Source of the DNA: Psammoneis japonica
Taxonomy: Eukaryota
DNA length: 64,000 nt
Reading direction: 5' to 3'
NCBI GenBank assembly: GCA_008632985.1
Contig: QPGO01000052.1
Location: forward strand, 248,001-312,000
Part shown: piece by piece, positions 12,185 through 24,700 of the stretch
Layout of the letters: each line of letters starts with the position of its first letter
Numbering within the stretch: position 1 is the first letter of the stretch
Program-made: the position numbers and the translations under genes
Notes under the pieces: generated by a model
Told to the model about the DNA's origin: nothing
Seen by the model: only the letters and a program-made list of their open reading frames with translations
The model's database searches: none

Positions 12185-13117
12185 CTAAGTTTCCGCCTTA
12201 AGCCTTGCCTTAAATTCAGCAGCAGATTCTCTTTCGCTTCCTAGAGACCACATTCCCTTCTTGCTATTCTTTGCCTTCTCCATCATCTGCGTATAGGCGT
12301 CCAAACCCCGAAAACCATACACTGCTCCTCCACCCAAATAAATTTCGGCTAGTCCAGCCTTAATCATTTCTTCGTCCATGTATTTGAAAAGGGGCCAAAA
12401 ACCTTTGCGGACCTCGGCGACAGCTCGGCCATATTGATCCTTTTGTAGTAATCGAATCCTACAAGTCTTGTCGAGCAACATCGTCTGTAGGTGGTTTTTG
12501 GCTTCATCTCCAAAAGCCTGCCCCGGCTTTCCAAACTTGGCAGTTTCTGGGGTGTCAATTGTACAAATCCGAACGGCCAGTGCCGTTTCCGAAAGCTTCT
12601 CGCCTTCCTTCAGTGTCGATGAATGGAAGATGGTGGGAACGTGCAAGAACCGAAAGGTATCGCCATCACTCACTGAAAGAACTCTATCGATCATACCAAA
12701 ATAGCATAAAGTTTGGAGACATGAGCAACGGTTGTACAATGCAAAGATCCCCAATCAAGGAGGCAACATTCGGCCACATTCAACATCATTTAGTTTTTTT
12801 CTCTGTTGATTCTTCACGCGCACTCACTCGCTCACTCACCTCCCACGCAGGAACTTTGAATTTGGTCCAATATCTGAAGGGGAAATATCTGCTACGGTGG
12901 TGATGCGTCGCCAACTTGGTTGAATACGGCCTGCTTTGAACCCCAGCAAGAAAGATACCGTGACAGCTGCTCCAGCAACAGTGGCTTGCGACCACGTTAG
13001 ACTCTGAAGTTCTCGTATTTGCTCCTGAACCTTGGGTGTCACACTGATGTAGTCCTCAAGTCTGAAGGCGGTCTTGTCCTCTTCTCGCGAATGTTTCACC
13101 GACTGAAACCATCCCAT
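12185..13117 (-). CDS. Staphylococcal-nuclease-family endonuclease (LCL3-like); exons 13117-12840, 12683-12185
   Basis: VSDGDTFRFLH, VRICTIDTPE, KDQYGRAVA, AKNSKKGMW; N-terminal TM segment; spliced LRGR|VLSV. Confidence 0.88.
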
Positions 13118-13399
13118 GGTTGCCAACTTCAAACTAGAGCAATGATGCGTTGCAAGGAATAAGGATGCGAATCTGCAATCGCGCGACATCGCGCGAACGT
13201 TCGTGCATTCTCGAAGCACGACTGCCCTTTTCTTATGAGAACGGATGAGCAGATGCGATGATATGAGCGATGCGGCGATGCGATGCGACTGCGTTGCGGC
13301 GCTGTTCTCTGTTTTGAGTTCGATCTCTGCCGCGCCGCTGGTCAATGGTTGGTGGATGACATTGGTCGATGGTGGCGAATACCCCGCATATTTCATATC

Positions 13400-14581
13400 A
13401 TGATGATTTTAAATCGAAGTCATGCTCTCGTCGAGGCCGTATTCTTTGTGTTGATCACCTGGTTTGTGAATCCCGGTCTTTCTTTGTTGGCAGGTGTTAT
13501 TCCGAAAAAGGATGCTTGTTGCCGTCTCATGTCAGCTGACACAGTTGTGGAAAGAAAAGAAAATGTCGCGGATGATCGTTCCTACACGTCAATCACAATT
13601 CCAAAATTCTACCCAGGTGAGATTCCTGAAGGTTCTTATCCGTCCCCGTTGCATTGCATACACGTGCAGCGCTTCTTGACTCCGGACGAAGCCGCCACGT
13701 GTCTTGCCCTTGCGAAAGAGTATGCTTCTGCTACTGGGAGTTTCGATCAACGCGATACAACTAGACATCAGACATACTCTACTTGTGATTTTGCCGTCGA
13801 AGACTGTACTGCCTTGGAACAATACATGAGTGAGATTCACTTCCACCGACGCATATTTCAGAAACTCTCGGATGCTTACGGCGTTGATCCACAAGACATG
13901 GATTATATTGATTGTTTTTGTGCAAACTATCGAGCAAAAAGCGAGGGTACTACAGAAACAATGGACAGGTTGGAAGGTCACCGAGACGGTTCCCTTCTGT
14001 CCTACACTGTTCTGCTATCTCCGCCAGACAATTTTGAAGGTGGCGGCACTTTCTTCGACGCGCTTCGGGACGTGCCTCCTGTTTCTGAAGAAGGATCACC
14101 CCTGTATCCAAACGGAGTCGTGAGGCCATCCAATGCAGGAGATTGCGTCCTTCATTCAGGAAAGCTCTTTCATGGTGCCGACGTTGTCACCTCAGGCGAG
14201 CGAACCGTGTTGGTTGGGTTTGTGGATGTTGCCGAGTGGTGCAAGAGACCAGGGGTCATGGCGGAAGCCTGTCGTGATTTTGGTAGAATGGATTCTGCTG
14301 CATATAGGCATAGACGACAACAGAAAATGACAAATGGAGGAGAAAAAGCGGGATGGGAACCACGAAACGATCGTGTCTGGGCAAAGGGAAACAATTTCAG
14401 CGGGAGAAGCCGCCTTTCGGGTTCTGTCCCTGCATTTGATTCAGTCCTATCACGGGCTGATGCTGGTTTCCAACGCCAAAAGAAGCTCGAGTCTGAAGAT
14501 GTACTGCTGCGACGTATCTTGCTCCCAGAAGGAGAGAAACCAAATTTTGAAGCGTTTGGAGACGAAGTTATCGTACTTTAG
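13400..14581 (+). CDS. 2OG-Fe(II) dioxygenase (prolyl/lysyl-hydroxylase-like)
   Basis: HRD (HxD), FEGGGTFF, HGADVVTSGERTVLVGF; N-terminal signal-like segment. Confidence 0.85.
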   Translation: MMILNRSHALVEAVFFVLITWFVNPGLSLLAGVIPKKDACCRLMSADTVVERKENVADDRSYTSITIPKFYPGEIPEGSYPSPLHCIHVQRFLTPDEAATCLALAKEYASATGSFDQRDTTRHQTYSTCDFAVEDCTALEQYMSEIHFHRRIFQKLSDAYGVDPQDMDYIDCFCANYRAKSEGTTETMDRLEGHRDGSLLSYTVLLSPPDNFEGGGTFFDALRDVPPVSEEGSPLYPNGVVRPSNAGDCVLHSGKLFHGADVVTSGERTVLVGFVDVAEWCKRPGVMAEACRDFGRMDSAAYRHRRQQKMTNGGEKAGWEPRNDRVWAKGNNFSGRSRLSGSVPAFDSVLSRADAGFQRQKKLESEDVLLRRILLPEGEKPNFEAFGDEVIVL

Positions 14582-14718
14582 CTCTAGAGAGTTCTCTCAG
14601 GTAGTGCCTTCACTATTTCTCTAAGTTTAATTCGATGAAATATATACCAACGATGTTAACGCAATACGGCGATATGCTAGTTCACAAGAAATTCTTTGTT
14701 TTGCACAGAACAACACTC

Positions 14719-16095
14719 CTATTGCCCAAGATATGGCGGCAACGGACCAAACGAATCGACTTGCTCATCCCTATATTCGTATTCCAAGTCTTCATAGTCA
14801 TTCTCTTGGCGGACACAGGTGTTGGTGCCATCCATGGATGTGAAGAGCTCCTCCAAAAGGGATCCGTCGCTTGGCCCAACGACGTGGGCACGTTTAACGC
14901 CGTTTTCCAGCGCCCAATTACTCCAGCCTAACAACAAAAGCTTCTCTACTGTCGCCTCGTCGAGTGATTCTCGTGCTCTGTCAAAAGTCGCAAAGCCTGC
15001 GTCAAACACCTGTACATCGTGGTATTTCACCAGCGCTTTTGAACAACTCAGCGAAATATCTAACATTTTCTTCTTCGTTTTCTTGCTCCGAAGGAAAGGC
15101 GTCATTGTAGAAGAGAAGAAAATCACCTTGGAAGCACGCATACTTGCTGCAACAAATGCAGCCAAATGGTTGCTGTTTACGTTTACGAGATCGCCCAGCT
15201 GATTCGTTCCAACAGGAGTAAGAAGCACAATATCATTCTTACTAAGCGCCAGTTGTATTTTGTCCACATGACACTTCTTTGGATAGCCAGTGCTTTCGTA
15301 GTCAATTCCGTTCACGACACCAAACTTTGCGGCCGTGAAAAAGTTTCCGCTCGTCACAAACCCATCTAGCATAGGTGCATGCTGACTATTGGATCCCATA
15401 CTTGCGTGCAGTCTTAGAGACTTGTTTAGAATGCGCTCGATCTCGAACCGTACATATCCTGCCTCTTCTTGAACATTGCGAAGTAGGTCTTTGTCTGTGG
15501 GGTGAATTGAGTTGTGATATTCATGTTCTGTCGAGTATTTGAGATCACAGCTCAGTCCATGGCAATCTTGATGAAAACGCCCACCCACTACCATGACAAT
15601 TTTTAGCCCCAAAAGCCAACAAAGCGCAATGTCGTCCACGAGCCGTGAGAAGCCTGCGTCCTCAATGAATTCCCCAGGGATGTGAATAACAACCGATTCT
15701 TCTCTGTGGTCTGATATGTAGCGACCAGACTCACGTAAGAACTGGACCGACGGCAAATAATCTAGTAGAGAGGCGAAACCGCCATTCTGTCCCTCGCTGT
15801 TAGCAACGTCGTCTTCACCATCTGGCTGAACGAACTCGATCATATCTGCTTCCTCGAACAAAAGGGAGGAAGAATGAGATGCTTGCCGTGCATCATCAGC
15901 TTCGAGAAACGCCCGATCAAAAGATGATAAGTCGTTCTCGCCATTAGTGCCGGTCATCGTCATGAGATCCACATTCTTTGCGCTAAATCGAAGTCTATGT
16001 TGTCTTCCCAAGTGAGTGAAGCCAAATGCCGTGTACGTCGCCCCCACAGAAAGTACAAAAATTGACAACGCTGACATCTTTACGTTCGGGACCAT
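14719..16095 (-). CDS. ArgA/N-acetylglutamate-synthase-like protein, amino-acid-kinase domain only, probably plastid-targeted
   Basis: FLRESGRYISDHR, DIALCWLLGLKIV, EEAGYVRFEIER, SGNFFTAAKFGVVNGIDYESTG, GVKRAHVV..DGSLLEELFT..G. Start MVPNVKMSAL is followed by a signal peptide ending TAFGF. Confidence 0.8.
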   Translation of the reverse strand: MVPNVKMSALSIFVLSVGATYTAFGFTHLGRQHRLRFSAKNVDLMTMTGTNGENDLSSFDRAFLEADDARQASHSSSLLFEEADMIEFVQPDGEDDVANSEGQNGGFASLLDYLPSVQFLRESGRYISDHREESVVIHIPGEFIEDAGFSRLVDDIALCWLLGLKIVMVVGGRFHQDCHGLSCDLKYSTEHEYHNSIHPTDKDLLRNVQEEAGYVRFEIERILNKSLRLHASMGSNSQHAPMLDGFVTSGNFFTAAKFGVVNGIDYESTGYPKKCHVDKIQLALSKNDIVLLTPVGTNQLGDLVNVNSNHLAAFVAASMRASKVIFFSSTMTPFLRSKKTKKKMLDISLSCSKALVKYHDVQVFDAGFATFDRARESLDEATVEKLLLLGWSNWALENGVKRAHVVGPSDGSLLEELFTSMDGTNTCVRQENDYEDLEYEYRDEQVDSFGPLPPYLGQ

Positions 16096-17097
16096 CCTCT
16101 TACAGTCTCGCAGAGAGAAAATGATAGTGTTAAAACGGTAGTGCAAGCGTGTTTGCAAACGTTGCTGGGATTCCGCTTCTTCCTTTCGTGACGGAAATGT
16201 GAGATGCTGAGGTGCACTTGCACTTGCAATGAGAATCCCGCGCGTTTCTGCATGCAGGCAAAGCTTTCTTGGAGCGCTGTTTTCTTTCTCTGAGGGCAAA
16301 CCATGAAGAAAAGGAAGGGGGGAAGACAGGGAGAAAAGAAAGGAGAGGCAGGTCTCCCTTGGTGTGGCAGCATGTGCCATCCTCACACCTGCCAGCTTTC
16401 AGCAGCACACAAGCAGCAGCGTGAAATTTTCGAGCTCTGCTTTCTACTCAGCTCAATCTCACAAATTGCGCTGCTCTTTCTGGCAGCTGCCTGCGGGCAA
16501 GCTCAGTCACACCTGAGTGTCCTTTTAATCCACAGCCATGAAAGGGTTTGGAGCATCATTTGTGTGGAGATGAGCAGCCAGCTGCTGCAGGAGGGAGAGT
16601 GGCAAGAAGCACAAAAACAGCTTTGCTCCCGAGCCCCCCCCCCCAAATCACAAGAACCCTGGTGGTGTTGAACCCATGCCTTTTGGCTGAGAGATCACAA
16701 TGGGGAAAAGGAGCTCTCTTCTTTGCAGGCACTGACACAAAGCTGAGGCCCCATGCACAGTGTGGCCATGGCACCTCAAGGAAAGCACCTGCTTGCATTG
16801 TTGTGGATTTTCTTTTTGGGCTGCAGCAAGCTTTTGCCTGGCACACATGCTTCTCTCCTCTGGAAAGGCTTGCTGCAGCACTTCTTTTTGTCTTTTGGTT
16901 TTCTGTTTTCTCTCTTGAGCTTTCTCTCATGGATCTTGAGGCAAAAGCTTGTGGGGCAACATGCACAAGAGAACACCTGTCCCCACGCGCTGCTCTGTGA
17001 TTGTGGCACTCTTTCTTGCATGCAGCTGGCTGGGGAAAACAGAAGGAAGGGTGCAAACATCTTCTTTTGCAGTGAAGCACACAGCCACTTGCCAGCT

Positions 17098-17570
17098 CTT
17101 GGACTCTGGCCATTGTGGTGTCACAGAAGAAAGGCAAGATCTTCTCAGCTGTTGCCACACAAACATCAACAAATTGTGAGACAAACTGGTGACAAACTGA
17201 AACTTTGCAGAGCTTGGTTGAAGATTGGGCCAGTTTTGGATGACACAGCTGCACTCAACTAAGAAAAAAGCTTTCTTGGTGTGCTGCTTTGGTTCCACAT
17301 GATGTGAGCATGTGAAGCTTCTGGTTTTCCTTTGAACAATCAGTGTGTCCCCCTTTTCTTGCTTGAGACACTTGCCAGTGCTTGGACTCTGGTTGTGGCG
17401 GTTTGCAGAAAGGCAAAATCTTCTCAGCTGCTGCACAGCTAAAACTCAGAAATTGTTCAAAAAAATGGCAACAAACTGTGGCAACTGAAAGTTTGCACAG
17501 CTTGGAGAGAGGGCCAGTTTTGACCAACAAAGCCATGCTCAACTGAACAAAAAAAAGCTTTTTCTTGGCA
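17098..17570. repeat. Degenerate direct duplication of about 190 bp (17098-17282 and 17381-17570)
   Basis: Shared cttggactctgg..gaaaggcaa.atcttctcagctg..gggccagtttt..ctcaact..aaaaaagcttt..cttgg. Confidence 0.75.
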
Positions 17571-18449
17571 CTGTTGCAGAGTGTGGCTGTCACATGTGAG
17601 CATGTGTTGCTGGCCTTTTCCCACAAACAATCTTCCCCATGCACCCCCTTCCTTGCCATTGTTGACAAAAGACAGGCGGGTGAGACACAAGTTGGAGACC
17701 ACTGGGGCCATGGAGCAACAATGTTTTGTGCACAAGGAAATGGCAGCATGTGGAGTGTCCTGCCACCATGGTCATTTTGGGCTAGAAAGTGACTTGCTCC
17801 TGGCCAGCCACTTGCTCCTGGTTCCTCTGTTGCATGAGCTGACCATTTTTCATTTTGAGTCATTGGCGCCTTTTGAGTGCAAACACTTTGTTTTGGTTTT
17901 TTTGTGATCTGTGGTGCCATCAAAAGTGCCTGTGGTTGGAAGCACTGCTTGTGTGCATGGGATGGGATGGGCTCAAACTCTGCATGGCACACCAGCAAAA
18001 TGGTGCATTTTTAGAGTTTTTCATCCCCCACAAGCCAGACCAAGCAGCCATCTCTGTGGTCAAAGTTCTTGACAACAAGAAGATTCTCAATCCTCCTCTC
18101 CTTCTCTGTTCTTTCCTTTTGTGCATGCACAGTTGGCCACACTGCCCTGCACAGACAAGCACCAGCTCCAAGTGAAGCAAGACAAGTGGACAAAGATGGC
18201 TTCCATGCATCAGCAGGAGCTCCCATGAGTTCAACCCAATGTGGTGCACAAAATCTTTGCAAAGTGTGGCTGCAACCACAACATGAAACAAGACACATCT
18301 TGTGTGCCCAATCTCCCCCCCCCCCCCTCTTTGGGAAGTGGAGTTTTTGGGTTGCTTGATGCTGAGCAAGGGGTTTGGCCTAGAGACTTTCCTTTAATTT
18401 TGGATGCTTGGGCTCAGAAGCAGCTGCATTTTGGTGCCAGCATCAGTTT

Positions 18450-19820
18450 TTTGAAGGAAGTTGACACCCCATCATTGCCCTGTGCCAAATGGATGCCTCT
18501 CTCTCTCTGGACATTGATTGCCCTGCTGGCATCCCCCTTCTGCAAAGAAACAATGACCTGCACCATGCCAAGGACATTGTTGCACTGGAATTTTGCAGCT
18601 TGTCAGCTGAGCCACACCAGTCTTGCTGACCCCCAAACTTGCTGCATGGATTGCAAACACACTGCTCTGTGCCAGTTGCCATGTTGTCCTGGTGCAAAAG
18701 CTGAAAAGTGACCACAGCAAGTCCCACCTTCATGGTGAGTTGCAAACATGATTTTGACATGTCACCAACAGTTGTCAGTGTCACTTTCACTTCAACATTG
18801 TCTGTCTGTGCTCCAAAAACTGCATCACACCTGGGTGCTCCAACACAATCACTCCAAACACATGAGCTCTCAATTGGTTGGCCTTGTGTGAACAAACCAA
18901 AGGAGGAGGATGACAGTTGGAAACCATGTCACCTTGCACCATGTCAACTGCTTCATCAACATCCATGGCTCACTTCATCTGACTCCACCTGCAAATGATC
19001 ATTGTCATCATTGAGCAAAGGACAGTCCTTTTTTGCATGCCCAACCTTGTTGCATTTCCAGCACTTGATCTGCTTTTTCTCATTTTGCACAAAGCTTGTG
19101 CCCTCAGGTTTCTTGTTGGCCCCACATGTGTCCAACACCTGCAGCACCTCCTCTTCTTGGCCAAATTGGGACAATTGTCAATCTCCAGTGCAAAAACTGC
19201 TGGTGCAAGTCCTTCAAGATGTGCTGACATTCCTTTTGCACCTTCCATCCATGAGCAGCACTGCTGACAACTTGTTCCTTTCTTTCTTCCAGGTGGCATC
19301 AGCATCCTTGCTGAACCCATCTTTTTTCTTGGCAATTCTTTCAGGACAACCCTTCTGCAGCACCACCCTTCTGCTGTCTCAACAATCCTCATCTGCTGAT
19401 TGCAGCAATTTTGAAGCACCTCTCCTTTGTTCCAAGGAACAAGTGCCAGCTGCTTCCAAGCTTCAACAGCCTGAACATGCAAGCACACTCTTTTGTTTGC
19501 ACTGAACAAGATCAACTTGAGAATTTCCAAACTGGTGCCATCACGCCCAACTCATTTGTGACACTTGCAAACTCCGTCACTCCTTCAACCTTGTGATTGA
19601 TGGCCTTCATGCACTGTCCCACAACACAATCAGTGAGCACCCACATGGAAATGCGCACAGAAATCTGTGATGCTCCTGAAGCATTTGTTGAGGGACATCC
19701 ACAATCCAATCGGCATTTTTGCCTCAAATTTTGCAGCATCACTTGCTGCCAGCACCATCTGACATTCATTGACATGATTGTGACACCCACATGTGCAGCA
19801 CCCAACCTCCTCTTGTTCCA
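18450..19820 (-). mobile_element. Copia-like retrotransposon remnant (gag zinc knuckle plus RT-like fragment)
   Basis: IKCWKCNKVGHAKKDCP CCHC knuckle near 19020-19070; segment 18610-18830 is homologous to 29890-30080. Confidence 0.6.
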
Positions 19821-21369
19821 CAAGGAGAAAGAGCAATGTGTTTGCAGCAGTTGGGGTCTAAAGTGCTGTGAGATCCAAGAGAGCTTTCGTGCTCAAGCCA
19901 AAGCAGGCAAAAATGAACCTTGTGCTGGTTGATGCATGCATCTGCAACTTGGAGGCAATTTGGAAGAAAGCAGAGCAATGGAGAGATGTGGCACTGGCGA
20001 ACCTGGGAATGTCTTGATGATGCAATTGTCAAATTTGGGTCAGGCTCCTGTTGCCAAACATCATTGGACCATCAAGCAACTGTGGTCTTTTGATGGTGGC
20101 AAGAAACCCTCTGCACCACTGCCCTTGGCAAAAATGACAGCTCTGATGAAGGCAGTTGACCTTCAACTCTTTATGAAGAAGGGACTCTTCATGAAAGAGA
20201 GTTCCAACAAGCAACACTTTCACTGTCTCAGTGTCCCAATGAAATCATTGTTGACAGGAAAGACAAGGATGTCACCATGCAGTGAGCGCAAAGATGCACT
20301 TGACATGCACAGGACATTTGCAAAGCTCCAAAAAGGAGAAGCATTGCACAACAAAGAGCGTGAGCCTCCTGAATCAATGGAGTCAGATGTGATTGAAGAG
20401 AGAGAGCTCAGGATGCACAGCAGAAGCTGTCACTCCTCAAACAAAGCAACAGGATGAGTGTGCACGGGAAGTGCAAAGCTGAAGCATCTGATGCTGGCAT
20501 GGCTGAGCCTTTGTGTGATGACCATGATGTTGAAGACTTTGCTGCAGATTTTCTTGACTCAAACTCTGCTTCTCATTGTCAAGAACTTGCATCACCCAAA
20601 TGGCACACTGACAATCCAACAGCATGCAAAGATGTGTTTGGCTTTCACACTTTGGAGGAGATGAAACACAGCATCTTCTGTTTCTTTGTGATGCACCAAT
20701 TCTTGTGTTTCTGACATCCTTTTTGATGGAGATGACAGAAAACTAAAGTGCAATCCAACCAATCTGACACAACTCAAACAGCGGCTGATTGCAAAGCACT
20801 TCATGCAGCGTTGCCCAGTGCACAAGATTGCTGGGTTTGCTTTTGGCATGTCATGACATTCGTCAAAGAGATGCATTGAAAAATTGGTGGGCCAAGCATG
20901 GAGAATTTCTTTTGATTCTCTCCTTGAGCCACATGATTGCTTTGACAAGGAAGTGCCAGACAAGTTCACCAAAGTGCTGCTTGACTTGGTGGTTTTTCTT
21001 TTTGATGGAAAAAACACTCCCACAGAAACAAAACACAAAGATGATGCTGCATGTTGCACACAAGCCAGCTCCAAAATGCACTGTTTGGCACTGCAGTTTA
21101 TGAACTTTGTCACAGCATGTGCACTCTCAAATGAGCACACTTGGGTGTGCAGGGCTGGAGCAGATGAGAACAAATTTGTGTTGTTGAGTGGTGGGTGCAG
21201 AGAAGAGAAAGCACCAACAGAACAGTGGAAAGACTGTGTCGCGCATCATGCATTTCCGGCACCGCAGTGTGCTGAAACATTGGACAGCACTCAATGATTT
21301 GGAAGCAGTCAGAGATTTGCTTGATGCTTTGGTTGAATCAATTGACAGAATGGAGTCAGATGGCAAAAC

Positions 21370-21736
21370 TGCACTGTGCTCGAAGAACGAGTGTAAACGA
21401 AAGTAGAATAGTGTACGAAAAGTGGAAATTATGAGATTGGATTTTACTCTGTGATTTTTGGTTTCTCCGAATGAGTTCTCAATGGCCTAAAGCTTCTGTG
21501 CTGCTTCTACAGACAAAAGGCCTTTCGGAGAATATAATCGTGACAACAGATAGTCCGAATACGATTGCTTTTGACACATAAGATGTCAGCATCGTCTATC
21601 GATCGCATTTGCGATTTTCGACTTCCGATCAACTCTGTGTGATCGTTCTGTCCTTCGCACGCATCCACGACTGTGGCACGATTGACATGTAAATAACACA
21701 TAATCACACATATGCACACAACAGTCGCATGCTGCA
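21370..21736 (-). repeat. 3' LTR of the gypsy element (TA-converted copy)
   Basis: Ungapped alignment to 25637-26003 with 14 substitutions. Confidence 0.95.
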
Positions 21737-24700
21737 TTCGCCTCCCTAATTGCACATTAGAGTCATTTGTTAAGTGGATTATTCGACGGATGTTGACAGT
21801 GTCAACAATGTCTCCACGTTCACTGCATTGTGCCATCAGTGATGACTGTTGTCGTTTTGTGTGGGCCATGTGGGGCCGTTCCAATTTCTGAATGTCTCAT
21901 GAGAGTGACATCGTTTGTTTCTCACTTTGTGTGTGTGCATGTGTGGTGTTACGTCGAGTGTTCTCGTTGACGTTCTTTGTTGACATGAACACAAGGACCA
22001 ATTGTCCTGCAGTGTTTTTCATGATGTCGATTGTACCTGGCATTGTGCCCAGTGCTTGATGTGCGCTCTTTTAATTGTTGTGGCGTTCACTTTGCTTGTG
22101 GAGTTCATGCAGTTCTGGCTGGCTAACTTCACATGTGCCACATTGCTCTGCTGCACTTCCACGTGTCGTAAGCAATTGACGATGGTCAAGGACATTTTCT
22201 AACCATTTCGTCTTGACAATCCTGGGATGGTCATGGACTCCTTTGTGGATTTCTTCATTGCTTCAACCATCTTTCCTTTGGATTTTGATCGTCATTTGGA
22301 CGTTTCTTTTTTGACATGCCGGTGACATTTCGTCATTCCGAAGGCACTGCTTTTGTGCACTGTTCGGATGAATGTCCATTTTTGTGTTTTGTTTCTGAAT
22401 CTTTGGCACATCTCGTGTGACGTCATTTGTGTCTTGCCTTGCACATCGTACATTGCAATCGTGCGGGTGCTGTGAGATTGTCTTTTGCCAATGTGAAGCA
22501 GGCACGTGTGATGTGCACCAATCTGTCACTGATTTTTTCTTTAACCGTCCCCAAACAAGGCGATTTTTTCCTTATGACATGAGCATTTTTGATCTCGCTC
22601 GCCTCCACGAAAAGTGTTCGTATGACATGTCGCGCCCGACAATTTGGAGGAAATGTCTTTGTCCCGTTTTGTTCAGTGTCGAGAACTTTGCAATTTAACG
22701 GAAAGACATTGTCGCAGGATTTTGGTGGGACCTTTTCAGCCAACTCTTCTGTGCTGAGGTTTTCCACAGGTTCTATTTTTTTTATGGCAAGTCGGCTGAT
22801 CGCTCTTGCGACGACGTTCGCCTTGCCCTCGATGCATTTTATTTCGGGACTGGAATTCTGCATTCTAAGTCGTCAACGCATGACTCTGTCCGTTGTGTGT
22901 TGTGAACCGTGTGTGTGACAATCTGTTGGCCAAACAGTGTGTTCCGGGAATTGTTGAGTGTTTCCACTGTGGACAGAAGTTCTTTTTCCGTTGTGACTTG
23001 AACATTGCAATGCCATGTTTGACAATGACATGGTTTTTGATGTGATGCGCTCCACATTTTCGGAGACTTTTCGTTCTGTACTTGTCCTTTTGCCGTTTGA
23101 CCTTTGTTGAGGTGGATTTGGCTAGAAATGTACAGGAGATCATTGAGACTGCATGTCTTTGTGGCAGCAACATGTGTGGACAAGCTGTCGCAATTTTCTT
23201 TGCGTTTTGCTCAATGTTGCGATTGCCAGAATCGCCTCCATTTTCTTTGTAATTGGATGCACACCGTTACGTGTGGAAGTCTTGATAATTTTTTTCAAGT
23301 TAAGCAGTGAAGGACTTTTGTTTGTCAACCTTCAAAGCGACTGTTCTGGTCGTGTGAACGCCGTTTCAAGTTTTTCTTGTGCAGGTGACATTTTGAAGTT
23401 ATTTTCTGTCAGGTGTAAATGTTCATTCTTAGTCGTTCTGACAACTCCAAACCTGCCATGAGTTCACTCATGCGTTGTATGAAAATACATGGGGCTCCAT
23501 GGATTCTTGTCGGAAGTCTGCAGCACTCATTTTCCCCCACGGCATCATTCTGATGTGAGCACGACGTGTGCTTTTTGATTTTATATCGTGGTGTTCCATG
23601 ATTGAATCGTAATTTCATTTTTAAAACTTCAATCTTTCATAATTGGTTAAATTCCTTTCAAATGAATGCCTCCAAAGACTGTGACAGGAGAAGGTTCTCA
23701 CACGTCGTGGAATCGCGTCAGATTTTTTCACAGCGAGATCCATTGATTCTTTCAATTCATTTGTCCAAGGAACTTTTCAAAAGGATTTCAAACCTCTTAA
23801 GAAGGAGACTGAGTGGTTTATCTTCTTTTGGTTAAGATGTATTGCTGTAGCTGTCACTTGATTAGAATCGACGGCGTGATAATGTGAGTCGAGAACCATC
23901 GGTCTCGTTATTAACTCTATTCACCGCGTAATATTTTTCAATGTGATCGGCATTCAGCTGGAACATTTCTGTATCGAAGAGTGCATCAACATTCTTCATA
24001 GGGTAATTGCTTCATTCCCATTTGATTTCTTCAATTCCGTAGTCTAGTATGATTGCAAAACTGGACATTAAGTCGCGTCCCATGATCATATCATTCGACC
24101 TTGAAGGGTATTTGGTGTTATTGACATATACTGTTTGAATATCAGTAAGTCTTAAATTCGCGTACTGAGAACTGAATTCGGTGTTTACTATCAGTCGTAA
24201 AGAGCTCACCCTTGGTTTCCCAAGTTTTTTGGTGGCGGATATCTTGGTTCTCAACTTTGCACGATTTTGCGTAAAATCATGGGCTGACGATGTTCTTTAT
24301 CGAGAGAACACGTAGAAGCTTATTTTTTGCTTTTCTCAGAGAAGTAGTCATATAGACAGCGAGAATAGGACTCGTATAACATACTGTGATGCTTTTTCTG
24401 GGTTTCCAGACGTCCTGTAACGCGTTATACTCCTTGAGCGGTATAAATTTTTGATCGGACTCGATCGGGTCAATTTTTCTAAATTGATAGTTTTATTCGT
24501 TAAGCGTTTTAGAGTCTTAATTTTCGCTCTTATTTTTACGTTCCTTTATCGAGGAACTCGCTTTAATTGTTTTTGTGAACTGCCTAGTTCATAGTTCAGT
24601 TCAATTCCTCTTTCACAGAGGTATTTCTGCTCTCGTCACGTTCGCGTGCGATTGCCATTTAGAGCGTCGTATTTTTGGGTCTCTTTTAGAGCCACCCTTG

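Noticed and set aside
1..14581. RAD16, the SNase or the 2OG-Fe(II) dioxygenase as the mutator machinery
   Set aside because: These are ordinary conserved families. The dioxygenase is not AlkB/TET-like and has a signal-like N-terminus, and proximity in a eukaryotic genome is not evidence. I saw no deaminase gene in the window.
16096..16386. N-terminal 97 aa of the 555-aa ORF
   Set aside because: It runs into stop-depleted DNA, and the signal peptide starts at 16095.
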